The notes under the pieces are model-generated. The model ran no database searches. It was not told where the DNA came from and was given only the letters and a program-made list of their open reading frames with translations. Source: Acidobacteriota bacterium (GTDB taxonomy: Bacteria; Acidobacteriota; CAIWXX01). From it: 57,997 nt of DNA. The stretch spans positions 1 to 57,997 of the forward strand of contig JBFMAF010000019.1 in assembly GCA_040755995.1 (NCBI GenBank), given 5' to 3'. This document shows, in pieces, positions 33,864 through 43,609 of the stretch (the first letter of the stretch is position 1; each line of letters begins with the position of its first letter). The position numbers were made by a program, and so were the translations under genes.

Positions 33864-34124
33864 TTGGAGGCCCAGGGGTTGTGGTCGATGGGCTGCGCCG
33901 TAGCCGGGCTCTTCTATCTGCGATTCTGGCGAGAAACACGCGACCGGTTCTTCCTGTTCCTGACCGCGTCCTTCTGGCTCGAGGCTGCGAATCGATTCGC
34001 GCTCGGGGCACTTGGCGGCTCTCAGGAACACGAGCCGCTGTTCTACCTCGTGCGTTTCCTCTCTTACGCGATCATCATCGTGGCGATCATCGACAAGAAC
34101 CGCGCGGGACGACAGCACCTGTAG
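33864..34124 (+). CDS. DUF5985 family small membrane protein
   Basis: AGLFYLRFWRETRDRFF ... YLVR..Y.III.AIIDKN. The start is uncertain. Confidence 0.7.
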   Translation: MEAQGLWSMGCAVAGLFYLRFWRETRDRFFLFLTASFWLEAANRFALGALGGSQEHEPLFYLVRFLSYAIIIVAIIDKNRAGRQHL

Positions 34125-34401
34125 CTGGCACTTCAGACTCTACGGTCACACGAACGCGGTCTGGGGACGTCCGGACACAGGTCCGAAGGAGGGCGGGGGC
34201 CATGCTCCCCGCGAGGGTCCCGATTCCGAGGCAATCCTGGACCGCGTTGGGACGCGGACGCTGGCCCAGAGGGCGATTCCATCACCTTCACGAGTGCAGA
34301 GATGATGCCGCCTGATCAGGGGCAGGGGGCAGGGGAGCAGGGATCAATCATTGGAACCCGGGCTTGTGTGAAGTAAACTGTTCAGGCGAGAGTGCCGGGC
34401 T

Positions 34402-35820
34402 GTGACGAGGTCAAGGGTCTACCATCTGATCGTCTTAGCATCGTCGATCCTTGTCTTGCTGTTGGGCGGAGTGTACCGGGGGCACCTGAACAGGCAGGCC
34501 GCTGCAAAGGGAGAGGAGGTCCGAAGGCTGGACGCTGTGCTCATGAGCGAAGTGCAGCAACTGAAGGCGGCATTTCAGAAGACTCGGGAGGAAACGGTCC
34601 AGAGTGCTGCCAGGGCGATGAGCACCGCCCCACTGCCCTGGATGGTCTCGGTTACGGCCGAGGGCACCGCCGAGAAGGCGCCTGAGACCCAGACATACCG
34701 CGACGACGCCCAAGTCGCTCGTGAGACGGATGACGAGGCGGAGTTGTGTGGCTCCGGCATCCTTGTTGAAGACCAACGGTACGTCCTCACCAGCGCCAAT
34801 GTGACAGCGGTCCATACCCGACTTGAGGTGGTATTCGAGGATCGATCACGTCACAAGGCCACGCTGGTCGCCCTGGACGATGAATCGCACCTCGCCCTTC
34901 TCAGACTGCAGCGCACGGACCGTGCCCCAACTGTCGATGGATTCGTCGTCGATGACCCCCCACGCGCTGGCGATTGGGTCACCACTGTTGGGCTGTCCTG
35001 CTCCGGCAAGAGATCCATCTCTCTCGCGACGGTTTCGTCGGTACACCAGGGTGCCCCCGGGGAAAGCAACGTGTGGTTGATCTCAGAGCCCCTGCCTGAA
35101 CAGGACGGGGGAGCCGTCCTGAGCCTCAGGGGGCGACTGGCTGGTGTCAGCGTCATGCTGCACGAGCCACGCGAGACGAGGCAGGTGTGCATCCCCACGG
35201 ATAGGGCGCTCGCGATCGCACGACGGCTCAGAGACAGGTCGAGCTCGCCGCCAGGCGGCACGATTGGGATTCGAGTCCAGGGGTTGAGCAAGGCGATGCA
35301 GGACTACTTCTCGGTTCCAGAGGGCGTCATCGTCGTCGACGTGACCAAGCGAGGCCCTGCCGAGAAGGCGGGGCTCCGGCGGGGCGACGTGGTCCTCGGG
35401 GTGGACGGAGAGCCGGTGACTTCAGCCGAGCGCCTCGTAGAACGAATCCGGAGGTCCCAGAGCGGCACCCCGCTGAAACTCTCTGTCCTGCGAAGCGGCG
35501 GCAAGCGAGAGCTTGCGGTCACTGTGGCGTCAATGGAACTGGTGCTGCAGGCGAATCAGCGTGCTGATATCGATCTCGCCGACGCGTCCCTTAAGACGGG
35601 CATCCAGATCACTGACGTTCGACCCGGCAGCGCTGCGTATCTGGTAGGTCTGATTCCCGGCGACCGGATCGTGGAGGTGGACGGAGTTCCTGTTGCGAGC
35701 TACAACGATCTGTCCAATAGACGGCCACGGTCCCATCCGGATCGAGGCCAACTCTGCCTCATCCGGCGCGGCTCTCGCTCGTTCTACCTGGTCGTCAAGG
35801 GGTGGGATTTCGCCTCATGA
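34402..35820 (+). CDS. HtrA/DegP-like trypsin fold with two PDZ domains, catalytic triad absent
   Basis: N-terminal TM, GSGIL, LTSANV, DDESHLALL, EQDGGAV and two PDZ domains (GPAEKAGLRRGDV; GSAAYLVGLIPGDRI). Confidence 0.85.
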   Translation: MTRSRVYHLIVLASSILVLLLGGVYRGHLNRQAAAKGEEVRRLDAVLMSEVQQLKAAFQKTREETVQSAARAMSTAPLPWMVSVTAEGTAEKAPETQTYRDDAQVARETDDEAELCGSGILVEDQRYVLTSANVTAVHTRLEVVFEDRSRHKATLVALDDESHLALLRLQRTDRAPTVDGFVVDDPPRAGDWVTTVGLSCSGKRSISLATVSSVHQGAPGESNVWLISEPLPEQDGGAVLSLRGRLAGVSVMLHEPRETRQVCIPTDRALAIARRLRDRSSSPPGGTIGIRVQGLSKAMQDYFSVPEGVIVVDVTKRGPAEKAGLRRGDVVLGVDGEPVTSAERLVERIRRSQSGTPLKLSVLRSGGKRELAVTVASMELVLQANQRADIDLADASLKTGIQITDVRPGSAAYLVGLIPGDRIVEVDGVPVASYNDLSNRRPRSHPDRGQLCLIRRGSRSFYLVVKGWDFAS

Positions 35821-37022
35821 CCAACGTATTCCTGGTCGGACTGATTCTCCTCCTGGCACTCGTCGGCGGACACCTCATGAAGTGGCTCCGTGTCCCCGAG
35901 ATCGTTGGCTATCTCCTGGTCGGGCTGCTACTGGGCCCGTCCTTCTCTGAGATCCTGACTGGTGACGCCATCCACGCGCTTGAGATCTTCAGCGAAATCG
36001 CGCTCGGCCTGATCCTCTTCAGCCTTGGTGCGGTGTTCGAGATGAAAGAACTAAGGGCGGCGGGGAGGCAGACCGTGCTGCTGACCCTATACCTCATGCT
36101 CGGCACGTTTCTGTGCGTGCTCGTCGCCCTTCTGCTTCTGCAGGTGAGCTGGCAGGTTGCGCTTCTACTGGGTGTGGTCGCCATCGAGGTTTCACCTATC
36201 GCCACGATCCTGGTGCTGCGCGAGCTGAACTCCGAGGGGCCGCTCACTGACGCGATCAACCACATCCTGGCCATCAATAATGTCGGCTGCATAATTACCT
36301 TTGGCATCGCCACGTTTCTCGTCCGGCTGGTGGAGAGAAACAGCGTGGATGCAGGCGGCCTGGCGCTCGGTGTCGAAGTATTCTACCTCGCCTGGCAGCT
36401 CCTGGGGTCCATCGCGATCGGTATTCTTCTGGGCCATCTACTTGCGCTATGGGGGAGGCGCGTGCAGGAGCACGGCGAGGTGCTCATTCTCGTGCTTGGA
36501 ATGATTCTCGTGCTGGTTGGAGCCTGCCACTGGCTGGATCTCAGCGCGCTGATTGCCACGATGGCGCTGGGGGCCACCCTCATCAACATCGAGAAGGAGA
36601 GTCGACATCTGTTCGACGTGCTGGGCAGGACCGACCCCCCGCTCTATGCCATCTTCTTCGTTCTGGCCGGCGCCGACCTTTCGATCTCATCATTGAAGAC
36701 CATCGGTTTCGCCGGGGTCGGATATACCGCAGCCCGCGCAGCCGGCAAGTTCGTGGGGGCGTACTGGGGAGCCAGGGCACTGCGCCTGCCGCCCATCATA
36801 GGCAAGTACGTCGGGCTAACCTTGATCGCCCATGCGGGTGTGGCCATCGGCTTGGTGCTCCAGATCCGGAGCATGTTCCCGCGACTCGCGGAAGTCATCT
36901 CGACGGTCATACTCGCCTCCGTGCTCATCAACGAAATCGCCGGGCCGATTCTGACCAGGCAGGCGGTCATCAGGGCTGGTGAAGCGCGCATCGCACGCCT
37001 GCGCGCCTTCGAGGAGCTGTAG
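35817..37022 (+). CDS. Cation:proton antiporter (CPA2/Kef-type membrane domain)
   Basis: About 12 TMs; PEIVGYLLVGLLLGP, FFVLAGA, ARAAGK and AGVAIGL. ATGA overlap with the upstream gene. Confidence 0.9.
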   Translation: MTNVFLVGLILLLALVGGHLMKWLRVPEIVGYLLVGLLLGPSFSEILTGDAIHALEIFSEIALGLILFSLGAVFEMKELRAAGRQTVLLTLYLMLGTFLCVLVALLLLQVSWQVALLLGVVAIEVSPIATILVLRELNSEGPLTDAINHILAINNVGCIITFGIATFLVRLVERNSVDAGGLALGVEVFYLAWQLLGSIAIGILLGHLLALWGRRVQEHGEVLILVLGMILVLVGACHWLDLSALIATMALGATLINIEKESRHLFDVLGRTDPPLYAIFFVLAGADLSISSLKTIGFAGVGYTAARAAGKFVGAYWGARALRLPPIIGKYVGLTLIAHAGVAIGLVLQIRSMFPRLAEVISTVILASVLINEIAGPILTRQAVIRAGEARIARLRAFEEL

Positions 37023-37070
37023 CCGGCGCCGGTCCCGGACTCCACGTCCCCCTGCTGCCGCCCTGCGCTC

Positions 37071-38825
37071 CTACCCCGACGTCGTTCTCGGTCCTGTTCT
37101 ATCGATGCCGTACGCTCGGAGGACCGCTTCAAGTGTGATGATTCCCTCCAACTGCCTCGGGTTGCCACGGCTGACGACCGGGAGCGTATCCAGTCCAGAT
37201 TGTCCCAGCTTCTTCAAGGCCACTACAAGATCGTGGTCTGGATGCACGTGGAGATCAGGGCAGGGCTCGAGCAGATCGGACAATGCGGCAGCCTGGCGCC
37301 CCTCCGAGACCCAGCGTGTCAACTGGCTCAGAGAAACCATGCCCACCAGCTCGTTGCCCCTTGCCACGGGCCAGTTCTCCCTGCTCGCCTCTCGACATCG
37401 TGCCGCGGCCTCGGGGACAGTGATGTCCGCAGGAATCGCATCCCCTGGCGCTCCCATGACATCCCGGGCCAACATCCCTTCTTGATCGGCGCGCGTCTCA
37501 GGTGTCGGCAGGTGAATGCCGTCCTGCTTCGCCAGTGCTTCGTAGATCGGGACCCGCTGGAGTCGCATCGAGACGATGTAGGCGACCAGATTCGAGATCA
37601 TCAGGGGCACGATGATGGCATAGTCACGTGTCACCTCAAAGATCATGAGTACCGATGTCATTGGCGCGCGGACGATGCCCGCGAACACCGCCCCCATGCC
37701 CACCAATGCGTACGCGCCCGGCGTCGCTGTGTAGCCTGGGAAGAGTAGATGCGCCACACTTCCGAGCGTTCCGCCGAGCATGGCGCCCAGAAAAAGGCTC
37801 GGGCCGAAGATGCCGCCGGCGTTGCCCGTTCCGTATGCAATGCATACGAGGAGGAGCTTGAGGACCACCAGGCTGCCCATCACCCAGGGCGACATCTGGT
37901 TGTTGAGCGCACCGCCCACATAGGTGTACCCCACCCCGAGCACCTCGGGCACGAACCACGCCACCAGACCCACCGCCAAGCCACCGATTCCCGGCTGAAA
38001 TGCTCTGGTTCGAACCGGGAACCTCAGGAATCGAGCGCGGATCCAAAGCAGCAAACGCACAAAGGCGGCGGAGACCAAACCTCCGATGAGACCAAGCAGC
38101 CCGTAGAGGGCGAACTCGACCGGGTGGACGAGGGTGTATTCAGGCACGTGAAAGAGGGGTTCATTGCCGAGCAGCAGGCGGAGCACCAGCCAGGAGGTTG
38201 TGGCGCTGAGCACGACTGAGCCCAGCACCGGCGCGTGCAGATTGCCCATGATCTCTTCCAGAGAGAACAGCACGGCCGCCAATGGGGTATTGAACGCGGC
38301 GGCGATGGCCGCCGACACGCCCGCCGGAAACAGCTGTTTCAGGTGCTCCTTGCTCAGCCCGACGCGGCGCCCGAGCAACGAGGCGATCCCGGCGCCCACC
38401 TGCACGGACGGCCCCTCTCGGCCGAGCGGGATGCCACTCGCAAGTGTGACCGATGTGCAGAAGAACTTGCCCAGCACCGTTCTGAGGCTGATGACGCCTC
38501 CGTGAACGTAGAGCGCCGCCTTGGTCTGCGGCACGCCGCTGCCCCGGGCCTCCGGGAAGAAGAGGTACAGCAGGATGCCCGCCAGCAGTGAGCCGAAGAG
38601 GGGTACGACCACTCTCCGCCAGGCAGGGCATCCCGGAGGATACATTCGTGCGCCGAGATTCTCGGTCAGGACGATGAAGCTTACTGTGACCAGCCCCACC
38701 AACGCTCCGACCACCAGGGTCAGCACGAGGAAGATCTGGTCCTCGCGGCGGCGCAGGGACCCAAGCCATTCGGTCACACCCGAGACAAGACGGCGAGAGG
38801 ATGCCCAGGATTCTGCCGCCGCCAC
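37071..38825 (-). CDS. ClC chloride channel / Cl-/H+ antiporter with CBS domains
   Basis: Motifs GSGVP, GREGP, AAFNTP..LEE and GIFGP, plus a C-terminal CBS pair. The probable GTG start overlaps the upstream TAG. Confidence 0.93.
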   Translation of the reverse strand: MAAAESWASSRRLVSGVTEWLGSLRRREDQIFLVLTLVVGALVGLVTVSFIVLTENLGARMYPPGCPAWRRVVVPLFGSLLAGILLYLFFPEARGSGVPQTKAALYVHGGVISLRTVLGKFFCTSVTLASGIPLGREGPSVQVGAGIASLLGRRVGLSKEHLKQLFPAGVSAAIAAAFNTPLAAVLFSLEEIMGNLHAPVLGSVVLSATTSWLVLRLLLGNEPLFHVPEYTLVHPVEFALYGLLGLIGGLVSAAFVRLLLWIRARFLRFPVRTRAFQPGIGGLAVGLVAWFVPEVLGVGYTYVGGALNNQMSPWVMGSLVVLKLLLVCIAYGTGNAGGIFGPSLFLGAMLGGTLGSVAHLLFPGYTATPGAYALVGMGAVFAGIVRAPMTSVLMIFEVTRDYAIIVPLMISNLVAYIVSMRLQRVPIYEALAKQDGIHLPTPETRADQEGMLARDVMGAPGDAIPADITVPEAAARCREASRENWPVARGNELVGMVSLSQLTRWVSEGRQAAALSDLLEPCPDLHVHPDHDLVVALKKLGQSGLDTLPVVSRGNPRQLEGIITLEAVLRAYGIDRTGPRTTSG

Positions 38826-39340
38826 TATGGTCTCGCCTTCGTGAGGTAGGCACCGTAGTGCCTCTTGGCACACTCCGGGCAGTAGGTATGAGTGAACAGT
38901 GCCTCAGACTCCCGCGTGATGTACACCTCCACCTGATGCCACCGGCCATCCGCGTCCCGGATCCTCTTGCAGAAAGCGCAGATCGGCAGCATTCCTCTCA
39001 GAACCCGGATCTCGCGCCTCTGCCGCACGGTGCGATCCACGAGCAGTGCAATAAGGACCAGGAGGGTAACTCGGATGATGCCATTGGAGGTGATCTGCTG
39101 CATGCTCCAGGGGTCCCCCCAATGGACCTCCAACCCGGCCCTGAATGCGGGCAGGGCCACGGCGAGCGCCAGCGCCGGCACTCTCCCGAGCCTTAAAGCC
39201 GCGAAGGCCACCGGGAGCACGAAGAGAATGGGAAACTGGATGAGGGGGCCCGTGTAGAAGTCCAGCACAAGGATGCCCGCGGATAGCACGAACCAGATGA
39301 CCGTATCACTCGTACGGAGCATCCATCTGACATCGTTCAT
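38825..39340 (-). CDS. Membrane protein with a C-terminal CxxC...HxxCxxC zinc-binding domain
   Basis: 3-4 TMs followed by LRGMLPICAFCKRIRD...W...E.YI......FTHTYCPEC. Confidence 0.8.
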   Translation of the reverse strand: MNDVRWMLRTSDTVIWFVLSAGILVLDFYTGPLIQFPILFVLPVAFAALRLGRVPALALAVALPAFRAGLEVHWGDPWSMQQITSNGIIRVTLLVLIALLVDRTVRQRREIRVLRGMLPICAFCKRIRDADGRWHQVEVYITRESEALFTHTYCPECAKRHYGAYLTKARP

Positions 39341-39387
39341 GCCGTTCTCCTCGTTCCGCTGCCTCTCAGTATCCCGTGCGCACGGGC

Positions 39388-39435
39388 ATTCTACTCGATA
39401 ATTAGTTTGATCTCAAACTAATGTTGCTCTATGAT
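39388..39435. promoter_or_regulatory. Palindromic operator ATTAGTTTGA-TC-TCAAACTAAT (39401-39422) over divergent promoters
   Basis: Perfect 10-bp arms. Minus strand TTGAGA-17-TAGAAT; plus strand TTGATC-17-TATGAT. Confidence 0.8.
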
Positions 39436-40075
39436 CGTTCCATCGAGCAGCGTCGGGAGACTATGGAGCGCACGGCGATGGACATAGGCGCCGATGGGAG
39501 TTCGCCAAGAACAAGGTCTCGCTGCTCCGGGCAGATACCCTCCTGCTCCAAGCTCGCCTCGAACGCGCGGCGGACGAACGGCGCAGGTCAGTGAATGAGA
39601 CACAGGCACTCCTACAGCATCTCTCGGGTCTTGGCGGGGCGCGGGAGAGAAGGCGGGATGCCTTGCTCGAGGAGGCGGGCCGCCTGTGCCGGCCCCAGGA
39701 TTCCACCAGGTAGGTGGTCATCGCCGAACAGGCGGGCCTGGATGTGATGGCCCCGCTGGAGATCGTCTGGTCCGGTGGCTGATTCAGAATCGCCGGGGAG
39801 TAGCAGGTGCCGGATGTCAACGTGGTTCCGGGGAACTCGGCAGTACATTCGCTGATCACGGCGTTCGTGGGGTTTCTGAGTGATGTGACCCCGCGGGACC
39901 GGCAGGTCAGACGTGCCACACAGGGCTCGCCGGGGGCTCGGAGGTCGGCCTCGGCCTCGGCCGGCTGCCAGACGCACAACGGCTGCTCGGCCGCCGAGAG
40001 ACTCTTGAGCTACTTCCCCGGCGATTGTCGCCATTCTGAGATGGAGTAGGTAACACCGAAGGAGGAAGAACGACC

Positions 40076-41353
40076 ATGAGATCACGACTGCACACAGGTC
40101 TGAACGGATTGATGCTGCTCTTGGCTGTCACGGTCCTGGTCACTGTGGGGGCCGGCGGGACGACGGCATTCGACGAAGTGTATCTGGCTCCGAGCGCGCC
40201 GGGAGGGGGCGACCCAGGAGCGGTTTTCGCCAAGGGCCCCAACATGAAATCCCCTCGTATGCGCCACCTGACGGTGACGCTTCCAGACGGCCGCGTAGCG
40301 CTCTTCGGCGGGCATGGAACAGGGTTCAAGAGCCTGAACACCGCTGAGATCTGGACGCCAGCGACCAATCGATTCACGCGTGTGGCGATGAAGTTCCGTC
40401 ACGACGCGGCGGGCATCGCCCGTCTCAACGACGGGCGCTATCTCCTGGCCGGAGGCCTGGAGGACCTCGGGGTCACACCGGGCTATGATACCGCAGAGAT
40501 ATTCGATCCCATAGCGAACACATTCACGGCCACGGCAGGCACAATGAAGTACAAGCGCGCATACTGCGCGGCTGCGACGCTCAACAGTGGCAAGGTGCTC
40601 GTGGCAGGAGGGACCAGAGCGGAGCTACACGCCCCGGAGTGCGAGAAGTACGCGGACCTGTTCAATCCCGACACGGGCAGTTTCACGGCAACCAAGGCCC
40701 TCAAAGTCCCTCGTTACTACTGCCTTGTCCTGCCCTGCAAGGATGGCAAGGCCGTGGTGCTCGGCGGGAGCAGGCCAGAAGGCGGCAGCGTCGCGGAGGT
40801 GGAGCTCTACAACCCCTCAACCAATTCCTTCAGAATCCTCAGCAATAACCTGTTCGGGAAGGAGAAGGGATGGTATGTCGCAGCGATCTCCAGCTGCCCC
40901 ATCGAAGCCAACCGGCTGGCCGACGGCAAGTATCTCTATTGGGCAGTCGGCCTTGTCGACGGCGTGTGGGAGTACCGGCTCTTCACTTTCGACCCGGCCA
41001 GCAAGAAGATCGTCCGGTTCGATACGACGCCGGCGCTGCCTGATGGTGATACGGTGGTTCTTGATCAGCCTGTCGTAGACAAGGCGAACAACAGGGCATA
41101 CCTGCTCGGACTGCTCGTAGGCAAGGACCCGACGCAGTTCCGCGTCTACAGCGTCGACCTGGCAACCAAGACGCTCGTCGTGCCGACCGGAAGTCATACC
41201 CTGCCGAAGGGTCAACACGTCGACGGAGCGGGGCTCCAGCTGCTCCAGGACGGCCGGATTTTCGTGACCGGGGGCCATTCGAAGTGGGGGACAGAATACG
41301 ACTACAGCGCTATCAACAAGACCCTCTTCGCCACCTACCGCGAGGGATACTGA
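40076..41353 (+). CDS. Secreted Kelch-repeat beta-propeller protein
   Basis: Signal peptide and repeats of LxDGRVL(L/V)xGG...AE(I/L)(F/Y)DP. Confidence 0.85.
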   Translation: MRSRLHTGLNGLMLLLAVTVLVTVGAGGTTAFDEVYLAPSAPGGGDPGAVFAKGPNMKSPRMRHLTVTLPDGRVALFGGHGTGFKSLNTAEIWTPATNRFTRVAMKFRHDAAGIARLNDGRYLLAGGLEDLGVTPGYDTAEIFDPIANTFTATAGTMKYKRAYCAAATLNSGKVLVAGGTRAELHAPECEKYADLFNPDTGSFTATKALKVPRYYCLVLPCKDGKAVVLGGSRPEGGSVAEVELYNPSTNSFRILSNNLFGKEKGWYVAAISSCPIEANRLADGKYLYWAVGLVDGVWEYRLFTFDPASKKIVRFDTTPALPDGDTVVLDQPVVDKANNRAYLLGLLVGKDPTQFRVYSVDLATKTLVVPTGSHTLPKGQHVDGAGLQLLQDGRIFVTGGHSKWGTEYDYSAINKTLFATYREGY

Positions 41354-41514
41354 GACCAATTGGCTGCGGGCACGGTGGCTGCACGCCTCCGCGAGATCGA
41401 TTTGGCCGGGGGACAGCGGCTGTTGTTGACGGTGAGGGCGATCGGCATAGTGCCGTTGATATGCCAGATCAATGGCCCTCGTGAACGAAACCGAGGAATA
41501 GCCGTTGGCGGGGC

Positions 41515-41686
41515 GACAACCTGTCCCTCGGCGGGCAGAAGGTCGTCGGCAACGGGAGCAACCCAGCACCGGTGAACATCAACAACGACGAGCTGCGGGA
41601 CTCGTTGGAGACTGGGGCGAGGTCGCGTTTCGGTGCGCTGATGTCCTCCGTGGTCGATGCCAAGGTGAGACCGGCCGCTGGTCCGA
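41515..41686 (+). pseudogene. Truncated paralogue (diverged direct repeat) of the N-terminus of the 53751 gene
   Basis: DNLSLGGQKVVGNGSNPAPVNINNDELRDSLETGARSRFGALMSSVVDAK aligns to 53793-54018. No start codon lies between the in-frame stop at 41482 and the fragment. Confidence 0.85.
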
Positions 41687-42346
41687 TTTGTCCAGGACTG
41701 CAACGTCGACTATGCGGGGCTGAGGAGGCGTGGGCGAGCAGACCTGGCCGCGTACCTCGATTCGCTCCGTTCGGTGTGTCATGCAGACTACGAGAAGTGG
41801 TCGCGCGAACAGAAGTTAGCCTTCTGGATCAATGCGTACAACGCGTCCACGCTGCAATTGATGCTCGATCACTACCCCGTCCACAGCATCCAGTCAATCG
41901 GGATGCTGCCCGGCGCCGCCTTCCAGACCTCCTTCATCGAGCTGCCGGCTCTGCGATCCGAGATGATGTCTCTCAACGATATTGAACACGAAATTCTGAG
42001 GAAGACGTTCCGTGAGCCGAGGATTCATTTTGCGATTGTCTGTGCGTCCAGAGGCTGTCCGCGATTGAGGTTAGAGGCCTACCGAGCCGCCGACCTGGAC
42101 CGGCAGCTTGATGACGCGGCCCGAAGCTTCATCCGGGATATCGGCAGGAACCGTCTCGATCAGACTACGCGGACCCTTTACCTCTCATCCATCTTCAAGC
42201 GGTCCCGAGAGGATTTCGAGGCAGCGGCGGGGACCATTCCCGCTTTCGTGGCTCGATATGCAGATCCGGCAGTGGCGTCCGCTGTCCATGCCGGGAACAT
42301 CAACATTGAATTCCTTGACTACGATTGGTCGCTCAACGGGAGGTGA
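41684..42346 (+). pseudogene. DUF547 family protein, 5'-truncated
   Basis: VDYAGL...LAFWINAYNA, SLNDIEH..LR, EPRIHFAIVCASRGCP and YDWSLN. In-frame stop at 41666 and no signal peptide. Confidence 0.8.
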
Positions 42347-42347
42347 C

Positions 42348-43195
42348 ATGAGCAGCCCACAAGAAAGACACGGTGACATCGAAGCAGCCGTACGCGAGCG
42401 GTACTCGAACGCGGCCAGGGCTGTGGAGGCCAGCCTCTGCTGCCCCACATCCTACGATCCGACGCTGCTGGAAGTCATTCCGGCTGAGGTGCTCGAAAGA
42501 GACTACGGCTGCGGGAATCCGACGCCCTATCTGCGGAAGGATGAGACGGTGCTGGACCTCGGGTCGGGCTCCGGCAAGCTGTGCTTCATGGCGAGCCAGA
42601 TCATCGCGTGCTTCGCGCGGGGGGCCGGGCCGTGGTCTCCGACATCGTGAGCGATGAGGAAGTGCCCGAGCGCCTCCAGCGCGATCCCGAGCTCTGGAGC
42701 GGCTGTGTTTCCGGCGCCCTCCGCGAGGACCTCTTCCTCAGCGCATTCGAACAGGCCGGATTCTACGGCGTCACTCTAGAACACAGGCAGACGGCTCCAT
42801 GGCGCACGGTGGAGGGCATCGAGTTCCGCAGCGTGACGGTCATCGCCTTCAAGGGAAAGGAAGGCCCGTGCATCGATCAGAAGCACGCGGTCATCTATCG
42901 CGGACCGTTCCGCGAGGTGACCGATGATGACGGGCATCTTCTGAGACGCGGGTTGCCCATTGCCGTCTGCGAGAAGACCTATCGCGTCTATTCGAGGGAG
43001 CCATACCGGGAGCACTTCGAGCTGGTTCCTCCCCGAGTGCTCCTCCCCCTCGACGAAGCTCCCGCATTTCCCTGCACTCAAGGCGCGATGCGTAGGGATC
43101 CACGGGCGACCAAGGGTGTGGACTATCGGGTCACGTCCGGGGCTCCGTCATCGACCTGTGGCACGGGCGAGGGACAATCCGGGAGGTGTTGCTGA
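42348..43195 (+). pseudogene. arsM: ArsM-like arsenite methyltransferase with an internal deletion and frameshift
   Basis: LCCP, YGCGNP and VLDLGSGSG, then a jump at ~42600 into another frame (HRVLRAGGRAVVSDIV, WSGCVSGA). The SNCV region is missing. Confidence 0.85.
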
Positions 43196-43560
43196 TGGCT
43201 ACGATGCCGCTCGATCTGACCGCGGAGCGGAAGCCGCCAATGCCGGATTTCGCGGCGGTGGTTGCCCGGCACGGTTTCGGCACACTCACGCGTTCGGCTG
43301 TCACCACGCTGCGGGTCAACGTCGGGAAGCTGTGCAATCAGGCTTGCGACCACTGTCACGTGGAAGCTGGGCCGACCCGCAGCGAGATCATGACGGAGCA
43401 CATTGCGGATCGAATCATCGAGTTGTTGGCAGCGAGCCCACGCGTCGAGACACTGGACCTGACCGGTCAGACCGAGTCCCACATGTGTCTCCTCGTGAAT
43501 CACTTCAATCCAGCCGCCGTCGGCGGGCTCATGTGCAGGTCTCTGGTGATTGTGGGCCAA
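43195..43560 (+). pseudogene. arsS: ArsS-like radical SAM remnant with an internal deletion
   Basis: NVGKLCNQACDHCHVEAGP and LDLTG joined almost directly to FNP...LMCR; the core of the intact copy at 50067 is absent here. Confidence 0.85.
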
Positions 43561-43609
43561 CAACGCCTATTGTGCGGCCTGCGCAATGCGACTAAAATCG
43601 AGCAACGAG

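Noticed and set aside
28249..39422. The two palindromes as transposon terminal inverted repeats
   Set aside because: No transposase or target-site duplication was seen, and both sit exactly on promoter -35 elements, which fits operators better.
39612..40070. ORFs between the operator and the Kelch gene; one minus frame reads PAILNQPPDQTISSG (Ig-like)
   Set aside because: The similarity is too short and there is no credible start; at most a degraded fragment. BLASTx would settle it.
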